A DNA stretch of 64,000 nucleotides from the human T2T-CHM13v2.0 reference genome, Homo sapiens. The notes under the pieces were generated by a model. The model saw nothing but the letters and a program-made list of their open reading frames with translations. It was not told the DNA's origin and did no database searches. A program made the position numbers and the translations under genes. Location of the stretch: NCBI RefSeq assembly GCF_009914755.1, contig NC_060938.1. One strand, given 5' to 3'. This document shows positions 1 through 16,730 of the stretch, piece after piece (the stretch's first letter is position 1; every line of letters starts with the position of its first letter).

Positions 1-29
1 TCCAGTGGTTACTTTTTTAACCTAGATTA

Positions 30-284
30 TCTTGCTCTGTTGCCCAGGTTGGAGTGCAGTCACACTATCATAGCTCACTGCAGCCTCAAACCCCTGGGTT
101 CAATCCATCCTCCCACCTCAGCCTCCCACTTGTAGCTGAGACTACAAGCGTGTGCCTCTATACCTGGCTAATTTTTTTTATTTTAAGTAGAGATGGGGTC
201 TTGAACTCCTGAGCTGAAGCGATATCCTTCCACCGTGGCCTTCCAAAGTACCAGGATTACAGGCATGAGCCACCACACCCAGCC
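30..284 (-). mobile_element. Alu (old, AluJ-like, internally deleted)
   Basis: Antisense Alu motifs tgcccagg.tggagtgcagt and gagccaccacacccagcc. Confidence 0.85.
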
Positions 285-634
285 AGATTTTAACTTCTCA
301 TTATATACTACGCAAACATATACTAAGGCCAGCAGGAGTATATATATGTGTACTGTACTTGAATTTCACATCCATTTTCTTCGACATTAGCAACTGGGAA
401 ATACTGAAAGGAAGTTTCAAAATATTTTAGTGTGGCCAGAAAATTTAATTACATATGGTATTATCTTTTATCTACCTGACATAATTGAATTATTTTTAAA
501 AATCTGCCATTTATATTGTAATCTTATGACCAAATATTTATTGCTTAAAACTAGTCAACTTTTTAAACTGAGATATATGGTATATATGGATACAAAGCAG
601 ATAATTAAAACAATTTTTGGTTCTGTTCATTCAG

Positions 635-641
635 CGAATAG
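635..641 (+). CDS. ZC3H14: ZC3H14 terminal coding exon (...S-E-stop)
   Basis: Acceptor ttctgttcattcag|C GAA TAG. Matches the recalled ZC3H14 C-terminus (...PQTSE) and the known tail-to-tail neighbourhood with EML5. Only 7 coding nt are visible, so the identity rests on recall. Confidence 0.75.
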
Positions 642-2400
642 CACCCAGTCCTGCCTGGCAGAAGATCATGCAGTTTGGAAGTTTTCATGTACTGATGAAA
701 GATACTCTACAGAACTTGTCAAATCTTTGAAACTTGGAATATATTGCTTTCATAATATGAAGTTTTATTGCCTATCTATCTGAAGTGTCTAATTTTTCAA
801 GTTTGTAAGTTTATTATGTGGTTTTAACATTGGGTGTTTTTGTTTTGTTTTTACTATGAAAAGACAGCTTAAGGAAGAGCTAAATTCTGTTAAAATATTT
901 GGGGCATGTTTGTGCACTGCTGTTGTGAGGATCAGCATATGAAATTGACATCATGGTTAGTCATGGTACTGCAGCTTAGGGGGCTACACGGTTGCTGTGT
1001 GAGTGGAGAGATGCAGTGAGGCAGTTGTCATTATTCTAAAAATTGTACTACTTTCACTTTTCCCAAAGATTATATAATGTTCATAATCCACCATGAAAAC
1101 AGCATTGGCCAAAGGTACTGAGGCTGCTTAAAATATTCAATTCTGCTTTTTAATTTTTAAGTGAATTTAGTTTGAAAAGCATGATTATACAGGCCTCTCA
1201 GGCTGAGTGCTACTTTGGTAAAGTTCCCAGTTTTCCTGCCTTCTGTGACAGGATGAATGAGGTGGGTATGGACAGTGGAGGCAGCTGGAATGGCAAGTGC
1301 AGAAAATAGGAACAGTTCTATACAGTGCTCTCATTTACTAATAACATAATGCCTTCTAAATAATTTTTTTGGGAAACTACATTATCACAAAATTATACAA
1401 ATTTTTTTACAAGTATTTACATACTGTATCTGAAAACAGACTTTAAAGTCACAAGATTATAAATGTACATATGTATTCTCACATTCTGAAAAATAACATT
1501 CTCAGAATCCACAGAAAATATACTTAGTTACTACTGAAGATAATTTTTGAAATGTAAAAATTAGATTTAAATAGTATATTTTAAATGACAGAACTATAAT
1601 TACAGAGATCAGATCAGATAGGTAAACTGCAAGATAGATAGGATGAAACTTTTGGCCTACTGTATTACTTACAGAGTTTTTTTGTGTGTGGTTTTTAAAA
1701 CTGTTAAGGCAAGAAGTGTCAAATGCTTTAGAGTTAAATAACAGATCACTGATTTCAAAGACTTGGTGTATAGTGTTAAAAATTAAAGCTTAAAAGGTGG
1801 TTAGAAAAGTGGATTAATGCAAAAGGGGTAATAAAGACTGCAACATTCTCAGGACCAAATTAAACTGCTAAAAAAAAAAAAAAAAGTTCATTGACTTGCT
1901 TAGTCGTATACTCAAATGATGATAAACCTACATGTGCAAAGGCTCACGTTTAAGATTGTCAAGCCAGCAGTCTACTGTTGTGTTGCCATTGCTTTTCCAT
2001 TGGGAGAAGAAAGAATTAACCAGTCATTAAACCATTTGGTAAGTTGCACTTTGCTGTGCTGATCCCACAGGAAAGGCTTGAAACACGAGAAGCAGCAAAG
2101 ACAGAGCACACAAGTGCATAAGGCTGTTGTCTTCGGCTTGGGTGAAATGACAGTTCCTCTTCATTCTAAAGGTTTACTCCATTGAATTTAAGGCATTTGT
2201 TCATTCCAGTGTTGAGATGCTTTGCATCTCTGCAGAAGAAATTTATTTTAAATTGTTTAAATATCTGGAAATACTTTTAGCTATCATTTATAAAGATAGT
2301 TTTGTTCTCAAGTTTCACTATAAATTATAGAACAAATGGGAAACAAGGGTTTAATTTAGTTCAGCCATTTTACAAGGAAATAATAAAATACTAAAATCTG
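642..2400 (+). other. ZC3H14: ZC3H14 3'UTR (proximal form)
   Basis: Repeat-free AT-rich sequence after the stop. AATAAA at 1830-1835 and 2382-2387, the latter followed by a U/GU-rich tract (attgttttttgct). Confidence 0.6.
2382..2387 (+). terminator. poly(A) signal AATAAA, likely ZC3H14
   Basis: Canonical hexamer with a U-rich element at ~2402-2412. Confidence 0.55.
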
Positions 2401-3778
2401 ATTGTTTTTTGCTATTTAATAGCCACTGCCCAGACACATATTTAAGAGTTTAATCTTTCAGTTGCTATGGCTTATGAACAAGCTAAGGTTGACCATAAAA
2501 CATTTGTTGGATGACGTGGTTTAAAATGATCACCACAAAAAGGGACCACAAAAAAAGGAAGGAAATGAGCATGGTTGGCGATTGGAAGCAAGGGTACCAG
2601 AGGGCACAGTGTGCTTTGGCATGCATTTTATACATAAAATGAATGGAACAAAAGGTGCCAGAAGTCCCAGGTTACACAATCAGGAGCTTAGATACTGCAC
2701 ACAAAAATAATTATCTGGGTTAAAAAAGTAAACATAGGGCAGATTCTATATGGCCTATCATGTTTCTTCACCTTCCCCTCGTTGCTGGCTGATACAGCGA
2801 GGTGGTCAGCTGATGACTACTTAGTCAATATGACCTTTAGTCGTGAAACTGACAGCAGCAGTGATTAAGGCTGACTTAATCAGGTTGGCCACTTTGAAGG
2901 ACAGAAATGCAGTGGAAACAGTTTTATTCTATGTAGTTTACATGCTTAAGGTTACAGAGTTTCTACCTGCACTGTAATGGAAATATAATTTCTCTGTAGC
3001 CAAAAGCTGGCAAACTTGACCCAGAGGGAAAATTTAAAACTGCAGCAGGCTCAAATGTAGAGTATTTTTCTTTTTATGGGCAGGTTGTTCAGGGATTTTT
3101 TTCCTCCTTTAATTTATTGACTGACTGTAAATACATGAGTAGAAACTTAATAGTCATGTATTTCAAAATTTGGCTTAATTTAGGAGAATCCACTGATGAA
3201 CAAGTACCAACTTACGTTTCAAGCTTCTTAGCCCCATAATCAGTCCTTCAGCCACAGCTATTTAGAGCTTTAAAACTACCAGGTTCAATCACTGGTTATG
3301 CTTTCTGTGATGTAATTTAGTCATTTCTATTTTTAGTATTAACCAAGTATTAGACACAGAAAATAGGTATTAAGAATCTTCATATATCCTGTCAGACCAA
3401 ATGGGATTCCAGGAACCTAAAGCGATCTATTATGCTATAAAGATAATTAACACATTAAAAACTCATAGGGTCAATACAGCATCTTAAACCTCACACTTAG
3501 AAAAATATATTTTTAAATAGCAGTCTACATAATTTTCAATCTTCAGGAAACTACAGATAGGCTAGACAGCGAATTCCTGAATGATGAGTAGTGATCTTTG
3601 GCAGCATTTAAAGTGAAAAGAAATAAGGATCTAAGAATTCAGCCCTAATCCACTAAAAAAAGGAATTCTAACTGACAAGTTTTTACAAATGGAGTTGGGC
3701 TCATTCATTTTGGAAATAAACCTATGGAGTGGCACACATCTAAACAAATTTTCCCAATAGAAAAAAGGCTATAAAAAT

Positions 3779-3784
3779 TTTATT
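3779..3784 (-). terminator. poly(A) signal AATAAA, likely EML5 proximal site
   Basis: tttatt on + strand, about 930 nt past the EML5 stop. Confidence 0.5.
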
Positions 3785-4709
3785 CCAAGAGTGATTAAAT
3801 TGTATAATGTTGTATATGTGAATTTAACACTTTTGTTTACATGTTAAACAAATGTGTATATATTAGACTACATTAAATATGCAATTCTTTCTTCCAGTTA
3901 AATACTGTTGCTCCCTAAAACCCTTACATTGTACACCATTGGGAATGATTGTTCATCATACTACTTTTCCATTAGTGAGGCTACAGTTATGTTTTAAATG
4001 TGCGATTACAGAGATGGCATCTGAACATAAACTGATGGCTCGAAAATGAAAATGGAAATGTAGCAGCCATATACTGCTAACTTTGGATCTGTTCCTGAAT
4101 TCAAAACTACTAGGAGAAAAGTGTCCTTTATAAAAAAGGACCTTATTAATGCCTAAAAAACATCATATTCTCTAGGAAAGCTTGTGTCTGTTTCCTTAGG
4201 GAAAATGTTTGCCTTTTAAAAACTGTGATCCTTTAGGATGATCATGACTTTCCCTTTCCTTATGGAAATGCAAGAATAAAATATTTCATTAAACAATGAA
4301 CCTTGAAAATAAAATATAAACATTAAGAAACCATTTTGCTAAAAAGATAATGAAAATTATCCAAATTGGGTTTTTGAGTTCTTCTGTAAAGAGTGCTCTA
4401 CCCTAAATTTTCCCAGCAGGTCTGCCGAAATCACACACTTCCCAATACAGGGGGACTTGGCCTTTACCATCAAGTATTCGATCCTTCCTTGAAATGGCAT
4501 TATCTGGCAGTGTATGGATTACGGATTATACCCAGTGCATATAGCAAATATTTTGAACAGATCAGTCTTTCACTATTTTGATGATTCTGGGCATTTCTCC
4601 CTGTTACAGTCTTGGGTTAGCACCACTTGACCATGCAGGGTTGGGTTTTGGTTTTTCTTCTCTGTAATTCTGGTCTCAAAGTTAATTTCTGTAGTCATCT
4701 CAGCATCTC

Positions 4710-4746
4710 TCAGTGAGGTGTATGTACACATTTCCAGACAAATAAG
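4710..4746 (-). CDS. EML5: EML5 last coding exon (S)LFVWKCVHTPH*
   Basis: Acceptor ttctctgattgcag|C TTA TTT...CAC TGA. Phase matches the previous exon. Confidence 0.95.
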
Positions 4747-4939
4747 CTGCAATCAGAGAAGAAAATTGCAGGGAGTTAATTATGTTTTTAGATTTTCATA
4801 ACAGTTTAATATTTTTCAGTTGTGCTTTCAGGTTACATGTGTAATATTTTTCCTCTTTAACTCCTTTTATTCTGTATTTGCATAAATATGAGATTCTGAA
4901 GAGCCATCTGGTTATACTACCTTCTACTAATGTTGACTA

Positions 4940-5134
<195 letters not shown>

Positions 5135-5407
5135 CTAAAAAACAATGACAGACAAGCTCAGGGCATTTGGTGCACACAGAAGTCAAAGGCTCTTATTAGG
5201 AACTATAATCTCTATGACAAGAGCTGTGGAGAGAGTAGGGAGTTAGCACCGCAGCCAGTGATTAGAATGCTTTTCAGCATGAGTAGTGGATCTGCAAAAC
5301 CAGGCTGTGTGGGCAGTCAGATGTCTCCAGGTACTCTGACCATTTTTCTCTAAGGAAAAGCATTTGAAATTTGATAACTGATTATAGGTTTGGTGAAAAG
5401 CTAATTA

Positions 5408-5848
<441 letters not shown>

Positions 5849-6010
5849 TTAATCTCTAAGTACCCTATCATGTTACTTAAAATACAGGAAGTAAATTATG
5901 GTAAGTTGTTTGGAGACCTGAATTTCATCAGGATATCAACTCCTGCCTTTTAAAAATGACATTTTATAATTTGAAGGGTTTCTAGATTAATCTTTTTAAG
6001 ATTAAAGTAG

Positions 6011-6336
<326 letters not shown>

Positions 6337-6378
6337 TGAAAACTGATAGAACTATTTTTCAAATTAAAAGTGCTACTT

Positions 6379-6510
6379 GGCTGGGTCCAGCAGCACATAC
6401 CAGTAATCCCAACATTTTGGGAGGCTGAGGCAGGAGGACTGCTTGAGGCCAAGAGTTTGAGACCAGCCTGGGCAATATTGTGAGATCCCTATCTCTACAA
6501 AAATAAAAAT
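6379..6510 (+). mobile_element. Alu monomer (FLAM-like)
   Basis: ggctggg...gagtttgagaccagcctgggcaa...tctctacaaaa. Confidence 0.85.
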
Positions 6511-6534
6511 GACTTATGACATAGGAATTAAAAA

Positions 6535-6657
6535 AATTTCAGAGATGGGGTCTTGCTATGTTGCCCAGGCTGGTATCAAAACTTCTAGGCTCAAGTGATC
6601 CTCCCACCTCGGCCTGCTACATCAGAGATTACAGGCATGAGCCACTATATGCCTGGC
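6535..6657 (-). mobile_element. Alu monomer (FLAM-like)
   Basis: agagatggggtcttgctatgttgcccagg...gcctggc. Confidence 0.85.
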
Positions 6658-7119
6658 TGATACAGGAATTTGATGGCATTTTTCATTGGCCAAAAAAATG
6701 GATAGTCATGGTTACCTGTCATACAGCCAGGAAATTTGAACAAATTTGGAAGCTTTGACTTCTAATAGATTCAAGATAGCATTCCTTTAGATAGAGAATT
6801 AATAACAGTTGCTTAACAGCACCCAATACCTTTTTGCCAGTCATTAAATTTAGCATTAAGAAAAATATCAGGGTATCTTTAAAGTTAAAACTTTGATTTC
6901 CTTAAAAAAAAAAACTTGATAAATCATGGAAACTGATAAAACATGGAAATATATTCAATAAAAAGGGGTCCCAACATGAACATACCATTTCAAAATATGG
7001 TAACAAAAACTTGAAACTCAATTACTATTCCTTATTGGAATGGCTCTAACAGTTCAGAAATAGGATTTTCTAACTGGCCTTCAAAGTCAGTTCTTGCCTT
7101 GTGAATATATAAGTATTTA

Positions 7120-7326
<207 letters not shown>

Positions 7327-7338
7327 CTAACATTATTA

Positions 7339-7710
<372 letters not shown>

Positions 7711-7976
7711 TCAAAACAAAACGTAAAAAGTATTAGACCACATGAAGTATTATAAATACTTAAGATCAGTGACTTTTCCTTTCTAGTTCTTAAAAGTAAC
7801 GTGTGATAAGGCCTCAAATAGATTTACCTGTCAGACACAACTGATCATGTATACTGAGATTGTCTGGGTTACATGAAATAAGGAAGCTTTATATTTTACT
7901 TAAATTTTAAATATTTCCCCAATTGTCATCTCCCAATTCCTTTAAAAACGTCTAATGGCTTAAAAAAACTTTCTTA

Positions 7977-8276
<300 letters not shown>

Positions 8277-8397
8277 ATTTAATTTTTTAAATAGAGGCGG
8301 GGTCTCACTATGGTCCCAAACTCCTGGCCTCAAGCAATCCTTCCCCCTTGGCCTCCCAAGGTACTGGGATTACAGGTGTGAGCCACCACACCCAGTC
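8277..8397 (-). mobile_element. Alu monomer fragment
   Basis: ggggtctcactatg...ctgggattacaggtgtgagccacc. Confidence 0.8.
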
Positions 8398-8578
8398 AGA
8401 ACATCTCAGCTTTTAAAAGCCATTAGCATTACATAATTAATAAGCTAACAATTCATTAAGATAGTTTTCTTCCATCTGGAAAAAACGTTGTCTTAATATT
8501 AAGCAAAGAACACAGCCCAGCTTAACTAACCTCCAGTTATTAAGGTGAAATGACACAACTTGAATCTTGGAAGAAGAA

Positions 8579-8857
8579 TTTTTTTTTTTTGAGACGAAGT
8601 CTCGCTCTTGTCTCCCAGGCTGGAGTGCGATGGCGCAACCTCCGCCTCCCGGGTTCAAGCGATTCTCCTGTTTCAGCCCCCTGAGTAGCTGGGATTACAG
8701 GCGCCTGCCACCACGCCCGGCTGATTTTTGTATTTTTAGTTGAGATGGGGTTTCACTATGTTGGCCAGGCTGGTCGAGTACTCCTGACTTCAGGTGATCT
8801 GCCTGCCTCGGCCTCCCAAAGTGCTGGGATTACAGGCATGAGCCACCGCGCCCGGCC
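8579..8857 (-). mobile_element. Alu (AluS-like)
   Basis: Poly-T followed by the antisense Alu body. Confidence 0.95.
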
Positions 8858-9603
8858 TGAAGAACTTATTTAAAAGACAAAGTGAAATGCTATTTGCCTA
8901 GCAATCTTTGGAGTCATATGGGACAATTCAGTCTCTTGAAATGGCCCATGAGTCTTACTGAGGTACGATAGAGACATGTAAAAGCTAAGGGAAGCCACTG
9001 TTACTATTTTATATATTGAAGTTCTGAGGAAGGTTTCATTTGTAAAAGGATTTTACTGATGAAAAGTGTACAAGCTTTTGACAGACCTAGATTCAATAAT
9101 CTTATCTACTGATCACACGGAAGTACTCCGTAAATGGTAGCCACTGTTGAAAAATGCTTAAGCACTGAAAAACAAAGGTTTAAGAAACATTTAAATTAAT
9201 TTGGATTCTGGAACATTTAATCAATAGGTATTGATTAAATTAATGAACTACATATTCCCAAACTGAGGTTACTAAGAGAAGATATGTTTGAAATCACAAC
9301 TTTAGTTTTCCAGGGTGACAACTTTTGAAGGGCAGATAGCTCTCTTGTATTACAGTGGGAGATACCTCTTGGTGGGATGAACTTAATGGACATGGCTAAG
9401 TGTTAACATGAATTCATCAAACATTACCTACTAGTACTTGCTATTATAGTTGGTGCCCAGTGGGTTTATAATTTAGCAAGAAGAATTAAGTAGTATACAA
9501 ACAGCCATATTTTAGCATACAATTTATAATACGGGAAATGCTACAGGCCCTGGGGACCTCTTTTTGAAGGCAAGGCTATGGAAAATTTTACAAATGGAAG
9601 TTA

Positions 9604-9825
<222 letters not shown>

Positions 9826-9967
9826 TTAAAAAAAAAAAAAAAAAAGAGTCATAGGAAACATTAAGTGAAGTACTTCTAAATTATACCAGTTTCCCCTCAA
9901 AATGCTCAACAGAATTCTGGCAGTTCTTTAAGTACTAGCAATTTAGAACTTCCAACTTTTCTTTTTA

Positions 9968-10270
<303 letters not shown>

Positions 10271-10669
10271 CTATTGACCTGCTTTCAGAGAACTTTTTGC
10301 TTTGAGCTAATCTAGTAGCAAGGCAGTCATTAGCTCATGCAAATTTTTCTGTGACTACAGGCACACATCTATCTGTAAGCACAATGGGCTAGATTACATA
10401 TTAGAGTCCATGCTACAGAATAGAACTTTTCTGTGGCAGTACACCTGGATTCTTCAATAATCAAAGTTTTTATTTGATAATCTTAGGATTTCCAAACTGG
10501 GGTCAGTGCAGTGGGATATAGGAAAAAATAATAGAATTTATTTTTTAGTTAAAAAGTAAAAGCTTAACTACAATTTAATATGCAGGCTGAAGATAATATC
10601 CGTATGATTTATAAATACACTTAATAAGTACAAACACGCTCAAAAATTTTCATAGGAGTTGTAGTTTTG

Positions 10670-11155
10670 AATTTTTATTTTGAAATTGACACATAATTAT
10701 ACATATCTATAGGGCATAGGGTAATACGCATAACCATCACCTCAGACATTTATCATTTCTTTGTGATGGAAACTTTCAAAATCCTCTCTTGTAAATACCT
10801 GAAAATACATAAATACGTGATTCTTAACTATAGTCATCCTACAGTACTACAGAATACTAAAACATACTATTCCTATCTGGCTGTGTAAACTTGTATCCTT
10901 TAACCAGTCCTTCCCTATCCCCCTCCCCCTCCCCCTTCTCCGCCTCCAGTAACCACTATTCTACTCTCCACCTCTGTGGGATCAACTTTTTTAGTTTCTG
11001 CACAGGAGTGAGAACATGTATTTATCTTTCTGTGCCTGGCTTATTTCACTTCACATCATGTCCTCCAGTCTCATCCATGTTGCCACCAAGAATGACAGAA
11101 TTTCATTATTTTTTATGGCTGAGTAGTATTTCATTGTTTGTTTACTGCACGTTTT
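10670..11155 (-). mobile_element. Old L1 (L1M-type) 3' fragment
   Basis: tctgtgcctggcttatttcactt...atccatgttg...ttttatggctgagtagtattt are antisense L1M 3'-end motifs. Confidence 0.8.
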
Positions 11156-11479
11156 ATCTAGGGAATGTGTGTTTTTTTAAAAAATGGAGACAGCTGTCCT
11201 AATATGAGTCAACTGCCAAGGGCTTTCAATTATGTCTACTAGAGTTGTTAAATTGGCAGATTCTAGAAAATATTGGAGGTTTACATACAGTATTTAGACA
11301 GAATAGCTTCCTAGCTTATGCACCACACTGGTGCTAACTTTGGCAAAGAAAGCAGCAAAGACAGAGTAATGTTGGCAAGCAAATCCATCGTTATGCATTA
11401 TTAAGTATTGTTCATTAGGCTGCAAAGGGTGAGGGAATCACAGTAATAACCACTTTCTGTTTTCTGCTGCACTGTATCA

Positions 11480-11791
<312 letters not shown>

Positions 11792-11912
11792 TCAAAATAA
11801 ACATCCAGTTTCAGTGAATTTTATTTTGAGAAATACTCTTTTTTTCTGACATGAGCATAATTTTATTTAGCCTCTACAATACATTACAATACATTATCCT
11901 CTCTCATAATAC

Positions 11913-12211
11913 TTTTTTTTTTTTTTTTAAGATGTAGTCTCGCTCTGTCTCCCAGGCTTGAGTGCAGTGGCATGATCTAGGCTTATTGCAACCTCTGCCT
12001 CCCAGGTTCAAGCGATTCTCCTACCTCAGCCTCCCGAGTAGCTAGCATTACAGGTGTGCACCACCACACCCAGCTAATTTCTGTATTTTTAGTAGAGATG
12101 GGGTTTCACCATGTTGGCCAGGCTGGTCTCAAATACCTTGACCTCAGGTGATCTGCCTGCCTCGGCCTCCCAAAGTGCTGGGATTCCAGGTATGAGCCAC
12201 TGTGCCTGGCC
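11913..12211 (-). mobile_element. Alu (AluS-like)
   Basis: Full Alu, TSD tcataatactt. Confidence 0.95.
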
Positions 12212-12277
12212 TCATAATACTTCTTGATTAGGAAGATGTAAAAAAACAATTTTATTAAAAGGATAATGGAAATGTAA

Positions 12278-12606
<329 letters not shown>

Positions 12607-12961
12607 CAGAGCTTATTTTTGAAGGCCAAAACAGAAGCATATTTATTCCCTATCAGGTGTTAAAATATCTCACTGGAACAGTTTAGCAGGCTTCTAGTGA
12701 GTGGGGGTGTGCAGGAGTAAATGACGTGGGAAATACAAGTGTTGGAGGACGAAATAGAGCCCATTTATGGATTTTATTCCTGGAAGGGCTGAAAAATGTA
12801 TTCCTTCCTTTTCTGCTAGATGAATTGCTTGTCTGAAAGCATGCCTATGTGCATTCTTCCTTTATGTAAAAGGCACAAATTCTGCGCTTGTGTTTAATTA
12901 ACATATGTGGGTTCTTTCAATCCTGTATTGAAATGTACTTCTTAGTCAACTATATGTCACA

Positions 12962-13294
<333 letters not shown>

Positions 13295-13863
13295 TGACTA
13301 TGTTGGTGACAAATCAAATCATAAGTATCTGGTTACTGTTGGGAGATTTGAAAATCACTCAGAAGAGACCTCTCCTCAAATTTTGAGGTCTTGTATAAAA
13401 CAGTTTAAATTTGCCTCAAGCAAAAGGAAACAAGGCAGTTCTCTCTAGTTCCCTCATCCTTTTCTAAAGCAACAATGTGCATTCTACTCCTTAGAATCCA
13501 TTCTGAACAAAAAGAGAGCAGGCAGTCAAAATACAACCCTGGCTCCAGATTCCCCCATGGGCCTCCTACTCAGCAAATCATACACAGGCATACAGACATT
13601 AAGAAAAGTAACTCAACTTGTAGGACAACTACCTATCCACACCTCAGAAAAAGTATCACCCCAACATGAAAAAAATTGGAAGTGAATTAAGACCAGAAAT
13701 GAGAATCAAATAGAAGGCACATAAAAGGTAATAAAGGAGAAGCATATGAGGAGGAAGGTCGGAGAGGACACTCTGTGTAGCCTAGAAACAACTAGAATAA
13801 TTAACTGCAAACCTCAGGTAGGTCACAAATGCATAAATATTCTGTGAAAAGAAAGAGGACTCA

Positions 13864-14064
<201 letters not shown>

Positions 14065-14276
14065 TCAAATAGAGTTTAAATAGATAATTTTCTATGTATG
14101 TGTAATGCTGTCTCACCCTTGATACAAAGAGCATGCATCGTGTAGTGGCAGCAGCACTGAATTCACGAGTCAGGAAACCTGAACGGGAGGCTTAGCTTTG
14201 TCAGGACCTTTTCCTTTCCAAGTCTGTTGCTTATTAGCTAGAATAACCTTAGACAATTCTTCCCTTCCAATTCTAA

Positions 14277-14678
<402 letters not shown>

Positions 14679-15242
14679 TAGTCTTTTTCTCAAAAATGTA
14701 AGTGTACTTAAATATTCTAAAATTATAACTTTTCCTATAAGTATTGCATAATCACAAAAACAAAAAATGCACTTAGTTTTTCGATGCACCAAAGGATTTA
14801 TACAGCCTAGCCAATGCAGGATATTAAAGGAAAGAGATGTGGATTGGAAGCCACAGGTCCAGATGAGATGGAATAAAGTGAGAGGAGAGCAGGTCTCCTG
14901 AACACCCTTCTGTCAGGGCCAGGAATTGTGCTATTTCCTTCTGTCTCACTACCTCCTTCTTCCCTCGAAGTAGAGACACTGGCCCAGAGCACTTCCAGCT
15001 GTATGATAAGCAGTGTGTTAAATGATAAAAAGCAAAGGAAATCCTAAACCCTAGTACCACCTTAAATCATTTGAAAATCATGTTTCTTGATTTACCTTTC
15101 TCTCTGACAAATTTTTAGGACTATGAAGAACTACTAGGAAGACAGAAATTTTAGGATATTTAGGGTGACAATTAGAAGATTAAGGAAGGCTTTTGAGTAT
15201 AACAGTAGTCCAAGGAATCAAATGTTCATCAGAATCCTTATT

Positions 15243-15526
15243 ATGGTGGCTCATGCCTGTAAACCCAGCACTTTGGGAGGTCAAGATGGGAGGATCACAT
15301 AGCTTAGGAGCTTGAGACCACCTAGGCAACATAGCGAAACCCTGTCTCTACTAAAAATGAAAGAAAAATTAGCCTAGCATGGTGGTTCCTGCCCTGTAGT
15401 CCCAGCTACTAAGGAGGCTGAGGATCACTTGAACCTGGGAGATGGAGGCTACAGTGAGCTATAATCGCACCATTGCACCCCAGCCCAGGCGACAGAGTGA
15501 GATACTGTGTCAAAAAAAAAAAAAAA
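15243..15526 (+). mobile_element. Alu (AluJ-like)
   Basis: Sense Alu with A tail. Confidence 0.9.
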
Positions 15527-15711
15527 TCCTTTTCCCCCTCTCATTAACATTCTTTTCACTCCCTAATTTCTGAAAGAACTAGATTTTTGAAAGATGAAAT
15601 ATATGCTTGACCAGGGCATGTAATGATTAGCAGATCACAGTATCATCTCAACAACATTCATGTGGCTGATGATCTAAGGCAAGAGAATGTAAAGTAGTCA
15701 AAGTCACACTA

Positions 15712-15960
<249 letters not shown>

Positions 15961-16520
15961 TTATCTAGGTTATTACAAGAACCAAGCTAATCAACAGCAT
16001 CAAACAAATATGTAAAATACATAGTTCAAAAAACAAAGGCTTAGAAGAGAGGCCAATGGCCCCTGCTCTACTACCTAGCAATACATGATTTACAATTATT
16101 TGTGTATTGAGTCCTTTTCACTTATCTTCGCTCCATTAACTTTTCTTTATATAACGTAAATGTTTTGTCTAAAGTGTGGTAGGTAATATTATCCTGCTGA
16201 TCTGCCATTATCATTAGAAATATACATAATTTTCATAAGAATCTCCAAAACCAATCAAATCATTAATAATAAATACATAGTTTCTTGCTGGAAGAAAATA
16301 GCAGTGAATCATTTATAATGCTAATAATGGTTTCATTAATTTATCTGTTTTGTGAGGTTACAGTTCCACTGGGCTTTTAAAGTGAAATATACCTACAGTA
16401 CCACTGTGTACAGTATATTGCATAGGCCTCCACTGAATGATTGTTTCAACCACCAACTTTAAGACAAATATTAAATACAGAATTCCTACTACCTTTGTAT
16501 TCTTGTTTTTTTAAAAATCA

Positions 16521-16730
<210 letters not shown>

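Larger units (their letters stand above)
1320..4709 (-). other. EML5: EML5 3'UTR (distal end uncertain, alternative polyadenylation likely)
   Basis: Follows the TGA at 4710-4712. Minus-strand AATAAA at 3779, 3113, 2923 and 2242, and AGTAAA at 1334-1339. Confidence 0.5.

Noticed and set aside
430-783. 117-aa + strand ORF
   Set aside because: It starts at GTG in AT-rich intron, crosses the acceptor at 634 into the UTR in a different frame from the real stop, and shows no protein similarity.
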